Positions 27,927 through 39,356 of a stretch of DNA of 64,000 bases are shown here, one piece after another. Positions within the stretch are counted from its first letter, which is position 1, and the number at the start of each line of letters is the position of its first letter. The notes under the pieces are model-generated. The model did not search any database. It saw only the letters and a list, made by a program, of their open reading frames with translations, and was not told where the DNA came from. The DNA lies in contig JAZQZQ010000025.1 in NCBI GenBank assembly GCA_045634125.1, positions 49,941-113,940 of the forward strand. Direction: 5' to 3'. The translations under genes and the position numbers were made by a program. This DNA is from Alistipes sp. (lineage in GTDB: Bacteria; Bacteroidota; Bacteroidia; Bacteroidales; Rikenellaceae).

Positions 27927-30900
27927 ATGTCATTTAATAGAGATAATAATAAAATGAGTAGCTATAGCCGTATCTCGATTGGTCTTGCATCTCCTGAGGA
28001 GATTCGCGCCCAGTCGAGTGGCGAGGTACTAAAGCCTGAGACCATCAACTACCGCACATACAAGCCTGAGCGTGACGGTCTATTCTGCGAGCGCATCTTT
28101 GGTCCTGTGAAGGATTATGAGTGCCATTGCGGAAAGTATAAGCGCATTCGTTATAAGGGCATCGTATGTGATAGATGTGGTGTTGAGGTTACCGAGAAGA
28201 AGGTTCGTCGTGAGCGTATGGGTCATATCTCATTGGTTGTGCCAGTGGTACACATCTGGTACTTCCGTTCGCTCCCATCAAAGATTGGTTACCTACTTGG
28301 CATCCCATCAAAGAAGTTGGAGGCTATCATCTACTACGAGCGCTATGTAGTTATCAATGTAGGTGCTGCTAAGGAGCAGGGTATTGAGCGTTTGCAGACC
28401 CTCTCTGAGAAGGAGTACTTGGATGTTGTTGCTGCATTGCCTAAGGGTAATCAGTCATTGCCAGATGATGATCCAGAGAAGTTCGTAGCGGATATGGGTG
28501 GTGAGGCTATCTACACTCTTCTAAAGCAGGTAGACCTCGACTCTATGTCATACGCATTGCGTGATCGTGCCTCTAAGGAGACATCCCAGCAGCGTAAGAC
28601 TGAGGCTTTGAAGTGTTTGAACGTCATCGAGTCGTTCCGTGCTTCAAATGGCAAGAACCGCCCAGAGTGGATGGTACTTACTGATATTCCAGTGATTCCA
28701 CCAGAGTTGCGTCCATTGGTACCACTTGATGGTGGTCGATTCGCAACATCTGATCTTAATGACCTTTACCGTCGTGTTATCATCCGTAACAACCGTCTAA
28801 AGCGTCTTATCGAGATTAAGGCTCCTGAGGTGATCCTTCGTAACGAGAAGCGTATGTTGCAGGAGGCTGTAGACTCGTTGTTCGATAACTCACGTAAGAG
28901 CAACGCTGTAAAGAACGATTCTAACCGTCCATTGAAGTCTTTGTCAGACTCGTTGAAGGGTAAGCAGGGTCGCTTCCGTCAGAACTTGCTTGGTAAGCGT
29001 GTTGACTACTCTGCGCGTTCGGTTATCGTCGTTGGTGCAGAGCTTAAGATGCACGAGATGGGTATTCCTAAGGATATGGCGGCTGAGTTGTACAAGCCAT
29101 TCGTTATCCGTAAGCTCATTGAGCGTGGTATCGTTAAGACTGTTAAGTCAGCAAAGAAGATTATCGATAGAAAGGATCCTGTGATTTGGGGTATCTTGGA
29201 GAACGTAATCAAGGGTCATCCAGTGTTGATGAACCGAGCACCGACCCTTCACCGTTTGGGTATCCAGGCATTCCAGCCTAAGCTTATCGAGGGTAAGGCA
29301 ATGCAGCTCCACCCACTATCATGTACTGCGTTTAACGCCGACTTCGATGGTGACCAGATGGCGGTACACTTGCCACTTGGCAATGCTGCGATCCTTGAGG
29401 CTCAGATTCTTATGTTGGGTTCTCATAACGTACTTAACCCTGCTAACGGTGCGCCTATTACCGTGCCTTCGCAGGATATGGTCTTGGGTCTTTATTATAT
29501 CACAAAGCCACGTCCAAATGCTAAGGGTACAGGTTTGAAGTTCTATGGTCCAGAGGAGGCTATCATCGCTTACAACGAGAAGCGTGCAGACCTTCACGCT
29601 GTAGTTCACTGTCGCGTACGAGACATCGACGAGAATGGCAACGAGGTATATGTACTTAAGGAGACAACTATCGGTCGTATCCTTTTCAACCAGAATGTTC
29701 CTGCTGAGGTAGGTTACATCAACGAGGTATTGACTAAGCGTTCTTTGCGTGATATCATCGCAGTTGTGATGAAGAAGGCAGGTGCTGATAAGGTAGCTAA
29801 GTTCTTGGATGATATCAAGAATATGGGTTACCGTATGGCATTCCAGGGTGGTCTATCGTTTAACCTTGATGCGGTTGTTATTCCAGAGAACAAGCAGGAG
29901 CTTATCAATGAGGGTTACGCAGCAGCAGATGCGGTTATCGATGATTATAACATGGGTCTTATCACCAACAACGAGCGTTATAACCAGATTGTCGATATTT
30001 GGACAACCATCAACAATCGTCTTACAAACCAGGTAATCACTACCTTGAAGAATGATAACGATGGTTTCAACCCAGTATATATGATGCTTGACTCAGGAGC
30101 CCGTGGTTCTAAGGAGCAGATTCGTCAGCTCTCTGGTATGCGTGGTCTTATGGCTAAGCCACAGAAGTCAGGTGTTGAGGGCGGTCAGCAGGTTATCGAG
30201 AACCCTATCTTGTCGAACTTTAAGGAGGGTCTTTCGGTGTTGGAGTACTTTATCTCTACCCACGGTGCTCGTAAGGGTTTGGCGGATACCGCTCTTAAGA
30301 CTGCCGATGCGGGTTACTTGACTCGTCGTTTGGTTGACGTTGCACAGGATGTGATTATTAACGAGGAGGATTGTGGTACATTGCGTGGTTTGACAGCTAC
30401 TGCCATCAAGCGTAACGAGGATGTCGTACAGACACTCTATGATCGCATTCTTGGTCGTACAGCACTTAACGATATCATCCACCCAACTACAAACGAGATC
30501 ATTTGCAAGGCAGGTGAGGAGATTACCGAGGAGATTGCTGATGCTATCGAGAAGTCTCCATTGGAGTCTGTTGAGATCCGTTCAGTACTTACTTGTGAGG
30601 CACGTCGCGGTGTTTGTGCTAAGTGTTACGGTCGTAACCTTGCTACTGCGCGTATGGTACAGAAGGGTGAGGTTGTTGGTGTTATCGCAGCACAGTCTAT
30701 CGGTGAGCCAGGTACTCAGTTGACACTTCGTACGTTCCACGTCGGTGGTGTTGCGGGTGGCTCAACAGTTGAGACAAACGTTGTCTCTAAGTACGAGGGT
30801 CGCCTTGAGATTGATGACTTGCGCACAATTAAGGGTAAGAACGCTGCAGGCGAGGCTATCGATATCGTTGTATCACGTCAGTCTGAGTTCCGTATCGTAG

Positions 30901-32183
30901 ATAAGAATACTGAGATTGTTCTCTATACTCACGCTTTGCCATATGGTGCAACCCTATTTATGAAGGATGGTGCCGATGTCGCTAAGGGCGATATGATCTG
31001 CGAGTGGGATCCATATAACGCAGTTATCATCGCTGAGACTGAGGGTAAGATTGCATACGAGAGCATTATCGAGGGTGTTACTTACCGTGAGGAGCGTGAT
31101 GAGCAGACAGGTCTTTCTGAGCGCGTAGTAATTGAGTCTAAGGATAAGACTAAGAACCCTGTTATCAAGATTGTTAACAAGGAGGGTGATGAGGTTAAGT
31201 CTTACAACTTGCCAGTGAACGCCCACATTATGGTTAAGAATAATGCGAAGATTCACGCTGGCGAGACCCTTATCAAGATTCCACGTGCTGTAGGTAAGAC
31301 TGGTGGCGATATCACCGGTGGTTTGCCTCGAGTAACCGAGTTGTTCGAGGCTCGTAACCCATCTAACCCAGCTATCGTATCTGAGATCGACGGTGAGGTA
31401 TCATTCGGTAAGATTAAGCGTGGTAACCGTGAGGTTGTTGTTACATCTAAGGATGGCGATCAGAAGCGTTACCTCGTGCCACTTTCACGTCAGATTATCG
31501 TACAGGAGAACGACTACGTTCGTGCAGGTATGGCGTTGTCTGATGGTGCTATCACACCAGGTGATATCCTACGCATTCTCGGTCCTACCAAGGTTCAGGA
31601 GTACATCGTGAACGAGGTACAGGAGGTATACCGTATGCAGGGTGTAAAGATTAACGATAAGCACTTTGAGGTTATCGTACGCCAGATGATGTCGAAGGTA
31701 CAGATCGAGGATCCAGGTGATACTCGCTTCTTCGAGGATCAGGTAGTAGATAAGTGGGAGTTTATGGATGTTATCGATGAACTCTACGACAAGGTTGTTG
31801 TTACTGATGCCGGTGGTTCACAGAATGTTCAGGCTGGTCAGATTATCTCAATGCGTAAGTTGCGTGATGAGAATTCAGCACTTAAGCGTCGTGATATGGC
31901 TTTGGTTGAGGTTCGTCCTATCGTTCCAGCAACATCTAACCAGGTACTTCAGGGTATCACACGTGCGGCATTGCAGACATCAAGCTTTATCTCTGCTGCG
32001 TCGTTCCAGGAGACTACTAAAGTACTTAATGAGGCTGCTATTCAGGCTAAGACCGATGATTTGGTTAACCTTAAGGAGAACGTTATCACTGGTAACCCAA
32101 TCCCTGGTGGTACAGGTTTGCGCGACTACGAGGATTTGATCGTAGGTTTGCGTGCAGAGCTTGAGCCAGTTGTGGAGGAGTAA
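27927..32183 (+). CDS. rpoC: RNA polymerase beta' subunit
   Basis: NADFDGD, Zn-finger CHCGKYK...[17 protein letters not shown]; start at ATG 27927. Confidence 0.99.
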   Translation: MSFNRDNNKMSSYSRISIGLASPEEIRAQSSGEVLKPETINYRTYKPERDGLFCERIFGPVKDYECHCGKYKRIRYKGIVCDRCGVEVTEKKVRRERMGHISLVVPVVHIWYFRSLPSKIGYLLGIPSKKLEAIIYYERYVVINVGAAKEQGIERLQTLSEKEYLDVVAALPKGNQSLPDDDPEKFVADMGGEAIYTLLKQVDLDSMSYALRDRASKETSQQRKTEALKCLNVIESFRASNGKNRPEWMVLTDIPVIPPELRPLVPLDGGRFATSDLNDLYRRVIIRNNRLKRLIEIKAPEVILRNEKRMLQEAVDSLFDNSRKSNAVKNDSNRPLKSLSDSLKGKQGRFRQNLLGKRVDYSARSVIVVGAELKMHEMGIPKDMAAELYKPFVIRKLIERGIVKTVKSAKKIIDRKDPVIWGILENVIKGHPVLMNRAPTLHRLGIQAFQPKLIEGKAMQLHPLSCTAFNADFDGDQMAVHLPLGNAAILEAQILMLGSHNVLNPANGAPITVPSQDMVLGLYYITKPRPNAKGTGLKFYGPEEAIIAYNEKRADLHAVVHCRVRDIDENGNEVYVLKETTIGRILFNQNVPAEVGYINEVLTKRSLRDIIAVVMKKAGADKVAKFLDDIKNMGYRMAFQGGLSFNLDAVVIPENKQELINEGYAAADAVIDDYNMGLITNNERYNQIVDIWTTINNRLTNQVITTLKNDNDGFNPVYMMLDSGARGSKEQIRQLSGMRGLMAKPQKSGVEGGQQVIENPILSNFKEGLSVLEYFISTHGARKGLADTALKTADAGYLTRRLVDVAQDVIINEEDCGTLRGLTATAIKRNEDVVQTLYDRILGRTALNDIIHPTTNEIICKAGEEITEEIADAIEKSPLESVEIRSVLTCEARRGVCAKCYGRNLATARMVQKGEVVGVIAAQSIGEPGTQLTLRTFHVGGVAGGSTVETNVVSKYEGRLEIDDLRTIKGKNAAGEAIDIVVSRQSEFRIVDKNTEIVLYTHALPYGATLFMKDGADVAKGDMICEWDPYNAVIIAETEGKIAYESIIEGVTYREERDEQTGLSERVVIESKDKTKNPVIKIVNKEGDEVKSYNLPVNAHIMVKNNAKIHAGETLIKIPRAVGKTGGDITGGLPRVTELFEARNPSNPAIVSEIDGEVSFGKIKRGNREVVVTSKDGDQKRYLVPLSRQIIVQENDYVRAGMALSDGAITPGDILRILGPTKVQEYIVNEVQEVYRMQGVKINDKHFEVIVRQMMSKVQIEDPGDTRFFEDQVVDKWEFMDVIDELYDKVVVTDAGGSQNVQAGQIISMRKLRDENSALKRRDMALVEVRPIVPATSNQVLQGITRAALQTSSFISAASFQETTKVLNEAAIQAKTDDLVNLKENVITGNPIPGGTGLRDYEDLIVGLRAELEPVVEE

Positions 32184-32203
32184 TCCGATACATACTTAAT
32201 ATG

Positions 32204-32232
32204 AGAGGGCGACTAAATTTTAGTCGCCCTCT
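32204..32232. terminator. Bidirectional terminator between rpoC and the hydrolase gene
   Basis: AGAGGGCGACTAAA/TTTAGTCGCCCTCT followed by a T-run. Confidence 0.8.
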
Positions 32233-32260
32233 TATTTTTTGTGGGTAAAATATTTATTGT

Positions 32261-33061
32261 CTACTCTCCCAATACCATAGATGTAATTGCTTCGGCACAC
32301 TTCTCAGGCTCCTCGTAGAAGCCCATATGTCCTGACTCTTCGAGCCATACTACGCGAGCGTTGCCATCTGCAGCAATCATCTCCTCGGCAACATCGTTAG
32401 GGATGTAGTAGTCGTGCTTACCGAAGATAAAGAGGTGTGGGATGCCACTATCGCGTAGTTGCTCGCCACGACTCTTGCGCTCGATCATACCTGCAAGAAT
32501 TGCGATAACACCCTCATCTTCAGTAATAAGTATCAGTTCGCTTATATCTTCGATATAATCCTTAAGGCGCTTTACATTCTGTGGTGCGAAGCCTGCGTGT
32601 GGCACAAGGCGTGCGAGGGTATTCTTCTTCCCCGCCTTTATAAGCTCAATCTCGCGGCGACGACGGTCGCACTTCTCTTGGCTATCGGCTGAGGTTGTAG
32701 AGCTTAGCAGAATGATGTTTTCAAGGTTTGTGGCGTAGTTATCCATCATAGCGAGAGCCACATATCCGCCCATCGAGTGTCCCACAATGCTGTAGCGCTC
32801 AATGCCGAGAGCCTTCATTGTAAGACCCACGCAGTCGGCAAGAAACTCCATCGTATGAATCTCACCATTCACAATCGACACACCGTGTCCAGGGAGGTCT
32901 ATGGTAACTACACGCATCGAGCCTTTGAGTAAATCCACAAACTCATCCCATACAAGCATCGACTCCAAGTAGCCATGAAGCAATACCACACACTTCTCAC
33001 CTTGCTCAGTATCAGCTATATGCATAGGGGTCTTCCCCGCCATAATAAATTTCTCAGTCAT
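32261..33061 (-). CDS. Alpha/beta hydrolase
   Basis: LLHGY oxyanion, DLPGHG, GHSMG nucleophile elbow, SGH catalytic His; start MTEKF at 33061. Confidence 0.9.
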   Translation of the reverse strand: MTEKFIMAGKTPMHIADTEQGEKCVVLLHGYLESMLVWDEFVDLLKGSMRVVTIDLPGHGVSIVNGEIHTMEFLADCVGLTMKALGIERYSIVGHSMGGYVALAMMDNYATNLENIILLSSTTSADSQEKCDRRRREIELIKAGKKNTLARLVPHAGFAPQNVKRLKDYIEDISELILITEDEGVIAILAGMIERKSRGEQLRDSGIPHLFIFGKHDYYIPNDVAEEMIAADGNARVVWLEESGHMGFYEEPEKCAEAITSMVLGE

Positions 33062-33207
33062 AAGTCTATTTCGGTTAGATTTTACAATGTTACAAAAAAA
33101 ACGCGAGATATGCAATAGTGGGGAGCAAAAATCGAAAAGTTGCGACCAGAGATTTTGCTAAAGCAAAAATAATTCGTAACTTTGAGGGAGTATAACGATA
33201 TAGAAAG

Positions 33208-34086
33208 ATGGAGTTTATCAAGTGCCACGGTTCGGGAAATGATTTCATACTTATTGATGCTGTCAAGTACCACGATTTTAGCAGAGAGGAGTGGAGCGAG
33301 TTCGCCCGTATAGCCTGCTGTAGAGAGTCTGGTATAGGTAGTGATGGCGTGTTGTTGCTTGTGCAACATGCCGACGGAGTCTATGGTATGGATATGCTCA
33401 ATCCTGATGGTACTTATGCCGAGATGTGTGGCAATGGTATTCGTTGCGTGGCGCGTCTTGCATATGAGCTTGGCTATATCTCGGCTCAGGGTGTGTTACG
33501 CTCGGGAGGCAGAGACTACAAGGTGCAGCGCATAGAGTCTATCGATGGTGAGGAGACCTTCGGTGTGGATATTCCGATTAATACATGGTCGAAGGATTTT
33601 ACCTTCTATAGTGCCGATGAGCGCTTCGTAGCGCGAAAGATTGAGGCTTTGGATGATAAGTTGGAGTTTACGGCACTCAATTTGGGTAATCCACATATTG
33701 TCGCAGAGGTTGAGAGTATCTCGTTGGAGTATCTTACGACTTTAGGTGAGAGAGTTCTTGAACTTAAGGAGTTGTTCCCCTTTGGTGTGAACGTTTCATT
33801 TTATGAGCGTCGTTCGCCACGCGAGATATTTGTATCGACATACGAGCGTGGTGCTGGTTTGACCTTATCGTGCGGTACAGCAATGACCGCTTCGGCAACA
33901 GCTGTGGCGATACGTGGTAGGGTAGATGCTGGTGAGCGCATCGATGTTAGAAATCGCGGTGGCAAGGTATTCTGTACCACGCAGCTTTCGGATAGCATCA
34001 TTACTCGTTTGGAGGGTAATGCTACGTTTGAGTGGTATGGCGAGGCATCGTTTGTTGACGATAAGCTAAGTTTTGAGCGTAAATAG
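33208..34086 (+). CDS. dapF: Diaminopimelate epimerase
   Basis: KCHGSGNDF, AEMCGNG, LGNPH, ERGAGLTLSCGT; TAACTTTG promoter at 33177-84. Confidence 0.96.
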   Translation: MEFIKCHGSGNDFILIDAVKYHDFSREEWSEFARIACCRESGIGSDGVLLLVQHADGVYGMDMLNPDGTYAEMCGNGIRCVARLAYELGYISAQGVLRSGGRDYKVQRIESIDGEETFGVDIPINTWSKDFTFYSADERFVARKIEALDDKLEFTALNLGNPHIVAEVESISLEYLTTLGERVLELKELFPFGVNVSFYERRSPREIFVSTYERGAGLTLSCGTAMTASATAVAIRGRVDAGERIDVRNRGGKVFCTTQLSDSIITRLEGNATFEWYGEASFVDDKLSFERK

Positions 34087-34089
34087 TTT

Positions 34090-36426
34090 ATGAATAGGTT
34101 GATACTTAGATATTTGATAGTTGTGGGGTTGGTGCTTTTTGCCATCTCCTGCGGTGTTACTAGTTCACTATCAGATGGCGAGTATCTTCTTACAAAGGTA
34201 GATGTTAAGGCGGATAAGAGAGTGCCACGTAAGGAGCGCATTACCGTTGAGAAGGATCGATATATCCGTCAGCTACCAAATAAGCGAATACTAGGTTTCT
34301 ATTTCCATGTATGGGTCTATCAGAATGCTAATTACACCAAGAGTGAGCGTATAAATAAGTTTATGCGCAAGATTGGCGAGCCTCCGGTGTTGGTCGATAC
34401 AGCACTCACAGAGCGCTCGGTGCAGAACTTGCAGACCTATCTCCATACTCGCGGATACTTTGCATCGGATGTTAGTTGCGATATTGACACTTCTACATTT
34501 AGACGACATAGAGCAATGATAACATACTCAATAAAGCAGGGTCCCGCAACACGTATAGACTCTATAAGTTACAATTTTAGAGACACCTCGTTGCGGAATA
34601 TAATCCTTGCCGATACAGCCTCCTCGTTAATTGTGCGTGGAGAGATCTTCGATGAGTCGGTATTGGAGGCGGAGCGCAACCGCATTGCTACACTGCTTAA
34701 TAACAATGGTTACTACGACTTTACAGCCAACAGTATCTCATACGAGGTAGACACCCTTGGTAGGGGGTTGGACGCCTCGGTATGTATGGTTGTAAGTCCT
34801 CTGTTAGTGGGCTATAGCGCTAATAGCGAGCAGATTTGGGAGAACCACCACATCTACCGCATCCGCAACATAGATGTCTATCCTACCTACGACCCAATGT
34901 ATCGTTCTACATCGGGTTTTGCGCAGGACGCGAAGATAGATACCACAATTTTCAAGGGTCTAAACATTATTCGCGATTTGGATGCTCCGTCGCAGTTGCG
35001 TAGCATTGTTTTGCGTCGTAATATCATGCTCTATCCCGATCAGGTTTACAACGCTCAGCGTGTATGGAGTACACAGAAGGAGTTGGTGTCGTTGGGCTTC
35101 TTCCGCAGTTCAAAGATCGCCTTTACACCTGTTCCCGATAGCGCGAAACTTGGCGAGAGGTATATTGATTGCAATATCTATGCTGCTCCAGCTCTTAAGC
35201 AGAGTATGAAGGTTGAGGTTGAGGCATCATCTACCTCTACATTCCACGGTCTTAGCTTCACGCTCGGTTATTCGAATAGAAATCTATTCCGCGCTGCGGA
35301 GTCCTTTGACGTATCTACCCGCTTTGGTTTCGAGTGGATGCGCGCCCGTGATGTGGCGAAGCGCAGTGCGCAGGAGATAGGTGTTACTGCGGGTCTCTCT
35401 TTTCCGCGCTTCCTTGTGCCATTCCGTATTACGCCAGGACCAAATATTGCGAAGCCACGTACACGTCTTGAGTTTGCCTTCGACTACCAGAATCGCCCAT
35501 ACTATAGTCGTAACATCTTCACAGCACGATGGGCTTATATCTGGCAGCAGGGTAATCGTGCTTCGTGGGTGTTGCGACCCGTAGATATCAACTGGATTAA
35601 TGTGCAGAGCATCAACGAGACATTCCTTAAGGATATGGACAACCAGTATTTAAAGACATCTTTTGAGTCGCAACTTAATGCTGGTCTCTCGCTCTCGTGG
35701 ATATATAACACGCAACGCTCCGATTTCGATGAGAATGTTACTATCATTCGTGCAAATTTAGAGTCTGTAGGTAATACCCTGCAACTCCTAACTACTGCCT
35801 TTGGAGACAATGCACATAATGAGAGCTATAACAAGATTCTTGGTGTCCGCTTTGCGCAGTATGTGCGTGGCGAGACGAGCATTAGCCATAAGATTGACCT
35901 TGGTGGCAAGATGGCGCTTGCAAGTCGTTTCTTTACGGGTGTAGGTGTAACCTATGGTAACTCAAAGGATCGCTCAATACCTTTCGATCGTATGTTCTAT
36001 TGCGGTGGTGCCAACTCGATGCGTGGTTGGGTGCCTCGTACTTTGGGCCCAGGTAATAAGCCTGAACTTAAAGGTGTTACCTACCCTTCGCAGGTGGGCG
36101 ATGTGCGCCTTGAAGCCAACCTTGAGTATCGTTTTCCTCTATGGTGGATACTTAATGGAGCCATCTTCTTTGATGTGGGTAATGTCTGGTATCTCCGTGA
36201 TACCGAGGATAGCAACCCCGAAGAGGTCTTCCACTTCAATAGCTTCTATAAGCAGCTTGGTTTCAACACCGGTCTTGGTATCCGCCTCGATCTCTCATAT
36301 GTTATTCTCCGTTTCGACCTCGGTATGCAGATTCACAACCCCGATCGCCCCGAGAATAATCGTTGGATAAAGACCTTTAATTGGCAGAATACTGCGCTGA
36401 ACTTTAGTGTCGGCTACCCATTCTAA
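34090..36426 (+). CDS. tamL: TamL/BamA-family outer membrane translocation lipoprotein
   Basis: Lipobox AISC, POTRA-like domains, barrel motifs GGANSMRGW and FFDVGNVW, terminal YPF. Confidence 0.85.
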   Translation: MNRLILRYLIVVGLVLFAISCGVTSSLSDGEYLLTKVDVKADKRVPRKERITVEKDRYIRQLPNKRILGFYFHVWVYQNANYTKSERINKFMRKIGEPPVLVDTALTERSVQNLQTYLHTRGYFASDVSCDIDTSTFRRHRAMITYSIKQGPATRIDSISYNFRDTSLRNIILADTASSLIVRGEIFDESVLEAERNRIATLLNNNGYYDFTANSISYEVDTLGRGLDASVCMVVSPLLVGYSANSEQIWENHHIYRIRNIDVYPTYDPMYRSTSGFAQDAKIDTTIFKGLNIIRDLDAPSQLRSIVLRRNIMLYPDQVYNAQRVWSTQKELVSLGFFRSSKIAFTPVPDSAKLGERYIDCNIYAAPALKQSMKVEVEASSTSTFHGLSFTLGYSNRNLFRAAESFDVSTRFGFEWMRARDVAKRSAQEIGVTAGLSFPRFLVPFRITPGPNIAKPRTRLEFAFDYQNRPYYSRNIFTARWAYIWQQGNRASWVLRPVDINWINVQSINETFLKDMDNQYLKTSFESQLNAGLSLSWIYNTQRSDFDENVTIIRANLESVGNTLQLLTTAFGDNAHNESYNKILGVRFAQYVRGETSISHKIDLGGKMALASRFFTGVGVTYGNSKDRSIPFDRMFYCGGANSMRGWVPRTLGPGNKPELKGVTYPSQVGDVRLEANLEYRFPLWWILNGAIFFDVGNVWYLRDTEDSNPEEVFHFNSFYKQLGFNTGLGIRLDLSYVILRFDLGMQIHNPDRPENNRWIKTFNWQNTALNFSVGYPF

Positions 36427-36559
36427 ATTTCTTGTGATAAGGGGCAACATCTTTGTCCCATCCCAAAAAGTAAGACCCCTCGGGCTGTACTACTTGTACT
36501 ATCCCGAGGGGATCTTCTTGTGCGATAGAACAAATCTGACTCCTTCTGACATGAAATTT
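36425..36559. repeat. Fold-back element family B, copy B1 (135 bp)
   Basis: AAATTTC/GAAATTT ends; core GGGCTGTAC-tactt-GTACTATCCC; homologous to 48286-48414 and 50835-50963. Confidence 0.82.
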
Positions 36560-36618
36560 GGTCTTGCGCGAAGCGTACCTTACTTTTTAGTTTTAACCTT
36601 TCAGGTTTCGCTTTGTCT

Positions 36619-37239
36619 CTAAATCACCACAGCATCATATCTTGTCTCGATAATCGACCAGTCGACCACGTGCCATAGCTTCTCAACAGCATCCTTGCGA
36701 GCGTTGCGGTAGTCTATGTAGTATGCGTGTTCCCAGACATCGATGCAGAGCAGCGGTATAAGTCCATCTGTTAGTGGTGTGCCAGCGTTAGGCTTTGAGA
36801 GTATATAGAGTTTGCCATCGCTGTCCGTTGCAAGCCATACCCAGCCTGAGCCAAAGAGCGTTACCGCCATCGTTGTCATTCGCTTTTTAAGTTCATCCAC
36901 TGAGCCAAACTGTTCATCTATAGCGCGTCGTAGCTCCCCCGTAGGGTGGTGCTTTGCCTTATTCTTTGGTGATAGACTCTCGAAGTAGAAGACATGGTTC
37001 CACGCCTGCGCTGCATTGTTAAATATAGCGCCATCGCTGCTTGTTACCACCTCCTCCAATGGCATGCCTCTATATCGCGTACCTTCTGTAAGCTCTCCGA
37101 GTTTCGCTACATAGCCTGCATAGTGTTTGTCGTGATGAAAGTGCATCGTCTCAGCAGAGATATATGGCTCCAATGCATCGTAAGCATATGGTAACTCCGT
37201 AATCGTAAGTAGTGATGCAGCAATAGTTCTTAGTGTCAT
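36619..37239 (-). CDS. sodB: Superoxide dismutase with Fe-type signature
   Basis: HHDKH, FNNAAQAWNH, DVWEHAYY; NNAAQ and PNAG match Fe-SOD rather than Mn-SOD. Confidence 0.9.
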   Translation of the reverse strand: MTLRTIAASLLTITELPYAYDALEPYISAETMHFHHDKHYAGYVAKLGELTEGTRYRGMPLEEVVTSSDGAIFNNAAQAWNHVFYFESLSPKNKAKHHPTGELRRAIDEQFGSVDELKKRMTTMAVTLFGSGWVWLATDSDGKLYILSKPNAGTPLTDGLIPLLCIDVWEHAYYIDYRNARKDAVEKLWHVVDWSIIETRYDAVVI

Positions 37240-37301
37240 AATCGTTAAATTAAAGGATTTATATATACTAAGGTATATTGCAACAATAACGCCAAAACAA
37301 A

Positions 37302-37332
37302 AACAAGCGGCAGCCTTTTGCTGCCGCTTGTT
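37302..37332 (-). terminator. Terminator of the peptidase M64 gene
   Basis: AACAAGCGGCAGC/GCTGCCGCTTGTT with a T-run on the minus strand. Confidence 0.75.
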
Positions 37333-37352
37333 CTATCTATAACAGTTTAATA

Positions 37353-38636
37353 TTATTTTGCCTGATGTAAAATGACTCGCTCGATAGCGCGCTCGCAGAC
37401 TGGGCAGAAACGCTCAGCAGTGTTGTTGCGCATACGGCAGACATCCGCTGGACGGTAGATGCCCTTAGAGAGATAGCCGCCACCCTCATAGAGACCTACG
37501 GTGTAGTTTGCTGTGCGCTTTGGAGTTACTCTTGTTGGTACCTCAATCCCCGGAGGAAGCATATCAGCCCACTTAGAGTCGAAGTCTACCAATGTAGTGA
37601 TATTGGGCTCCCAAGGCTCATGCTTAAGTGAGTGCATATTGTCGTTGTCATCGTCGTTGTCGTAGAAGTACTCGTCACCAAGACCTGCAAACGAGTGTCC
37701 GAACTCATGCACTACAACAGGGCGGAAGTCCTTATGGTGTGCAGTGGTAAGCGTGTATGAGTTGTAGATACCACCGCCACCATAGTTGCCAGTATTTGCA
37801 AGTATTATGAAATGCTCACAAGGGATATTTGTAACCAAGTCGTACATATCGTATACATTACCAGAGGTAAGGTAGCGCGCCATATAGAAGGTCATAAAGT
37901 TTGAACTTACAGCAGTATCACGCCAGTCGCCAGTCTGAGGAACGCTAACATTTGTATCTAATGATGGCGATGATACGGCGATAAAGTTGAACTTCTCGCT
38001 ATGGCTCTTGAAAGGCTCGTAGCTAAGAATCTCCATCTTTGTAGTTAGGGCATCCGTCAAGAATGTATCCATCTCCTCAGCCTTATAACCCTCGGCAAGA
38101 ATTACAACGTCGATGCACTCCTTCGAGTCGCCACCTTTATGTAGATATTTATAAGGGAGTGGCTGTTGCTGCGAGAGGTTGCGGATAAGTACATCGTTAG
38201 GGTTAATGGTGTAGCTGTGTACGCTCTCTTTGCCTGTGTTATCGCGTAGTACAAGGGTTGCAGTAGCTGGCTTTAGAGGCATAGGAACAAGGAGTGTGAA
38301 CTCAAAGCTCTTAGATACCTCCAGTGCCTCGGGGGTTGTAATCCACTCCTGAAAGAGTGATGAAAACGAAGTCTTATAGATAACCATACCACTTTGGCTG
38401 TCGCGAAGAGTTAGGTCGCCATTGCCCTTGAGTGGCACGTTATTGAGATTAATGCGACGACCATACCAATTGTCCGTATATGACATATCGCGTAGCGCCA
38501 CATACTGCTCGTTGGCATTACCCATAAAAGTATAATCTATGCGAAGCGTACCATCCTTGAAGGTATCTTTAAACTCTTGCGCGTATAGCGATGTTGTGAA
38601 GGCAACAGCCATTATTGCCAATAGAAGTCGTCTCAT
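37353..38636 (-). CDS. Secreted peptidase M64 family metalloprotease
   Basis: Signal peptide, DVVILAEGY, YGGGG, HEFGHSFAGLGDEY, C-terminal CRMR...FCPVC. Confidence 0.92.
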   Translation of the reverse strand: MRRLLLAIMAVAFTTSLYAQEFKDTFKDGTLRIDYTFMGNANEQYVALRDMSYTDNWYGRRINLNNVPLKGNGDLTLRDSQSGMVIYKTSFSSLFQEWITTPEALEVSKSFEFTLLVPMPLKPATATLVLRDNTGKESVHSYTINPNDVLIRNLSQQQPLPYKYLHKGGDSKECIDVVILAEGYKAEEMDTFLTDALTTKMEILSYEPFKSHSEKFNFIAVSSPSLDTNVSVPQTGDWRDTAVSSNFMTFYMARYLTSGNVYDMYDLVTNIPCEHFIILANTGNYGGGGIYNSYTLTTAHHKDFRPVVVHEFGHSFAGLGDEYFYDNDDDNDNMHSLKHEPWEPNITTLVDFDSKWADMLPPGIEVPTRVTPKRTANYTVGLYEGGGYLSKGIYRPADVCRMRNNTAERFCPVCERAIERVILHQAK

Positions 38637-38648
38637 AGTGAGTCTGTT

Positions 38649-39356
38649 TTAGTTATTTGTATTTTCCTTATTCTCCTCTTGTGGGGCGCCCCAGAGATAT
38701 ATCTTCGACTCAGTGCCATCCTTTAAGCGGCTTATATTCTTGCGGTGTGTCCATATTAGGAGCACTGCTACAGCCCACGAGAATACAATAAATGGTACGT
38801 TGCCAAATGGCGCAGCATCGTCGTAGGTCATAGTAGAGAAGATAATCACAAAGAGTGGGTAGCTACATCCAGCTATCATAGATGCAAGCGATACATAGTG
38901 CCATATAGCGAAGACTACACACCACACACCAAAGCTAAGTAGTAGGATAGGGGCGTAGATACCAGTACCGGCACCGAGAAGTGTTGCAACACCCTTGCCA
39001 CCCTTGAAGCCTGCAAAGATTGGGAAGATGTGTCCAAGCACCACAAATGCTGTGGCGATAATGCGGAGAGTAATAATGTTTGAATCAGAAATAGCTTCAT
39101 CGTAGCGCATAAGTGATGTTAGGATCACTGCCACAAAGCCCTTGAAATAGTCTATAACAAATACAGGGAGTGCCGCCTTTTTGCCCAGCACACGAAGCAT
39201 ATTTGTAGTACCTGCATTCTTTGATCCATGTTCACGAATATCTATGCCATAATATTTCTTACCAATCCACACAGCGCTTGGTATTGAACCAAGCAAATAG
39301 GCTGCCACCATAATAGCAATGATAGAGAGCCAAGTCGTTACACTCCACGCTTCCAT
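38649..39356 (-). CDS. plsY: Glycerol-3-phosphate acyltransferase
   Basis: YLLGSIP, GSKNAGTTN, GHIFP..GFKGGKGVAT, HRKNI. Confidence 0.96.
   Translation of the reverse strand: MEAWSVTTWLSIIAIMVAAYLLGSIPSAVWIGKKYYGIDIREHGSKNAGTTNMLRVLGKKAALPVFVIDYFKGFVAVILTSLMRYDEAISDSNIITLRIIATAFVVLGHIFPIFAGFKGGKGVATLLGAGTGIYAPILLLSFGVWCVVFAIWHYVSLASMIAGCSYPLFVIIFSTMTYDDAAPFGNVPFIVFSWAVAVLLIWTHRKNISRLKDGTESKIYLWGAPQEENKENTNN

Noticed and set aside
19575-32139. Many nested or antisense ORFs in tuf, rpl and rpo genes (also in dnaK, lpdA and the kinase, e.g. 60765-61508)
   Set aside because: Shadow frames caused by strong codon bias, with no recognisable motifs.
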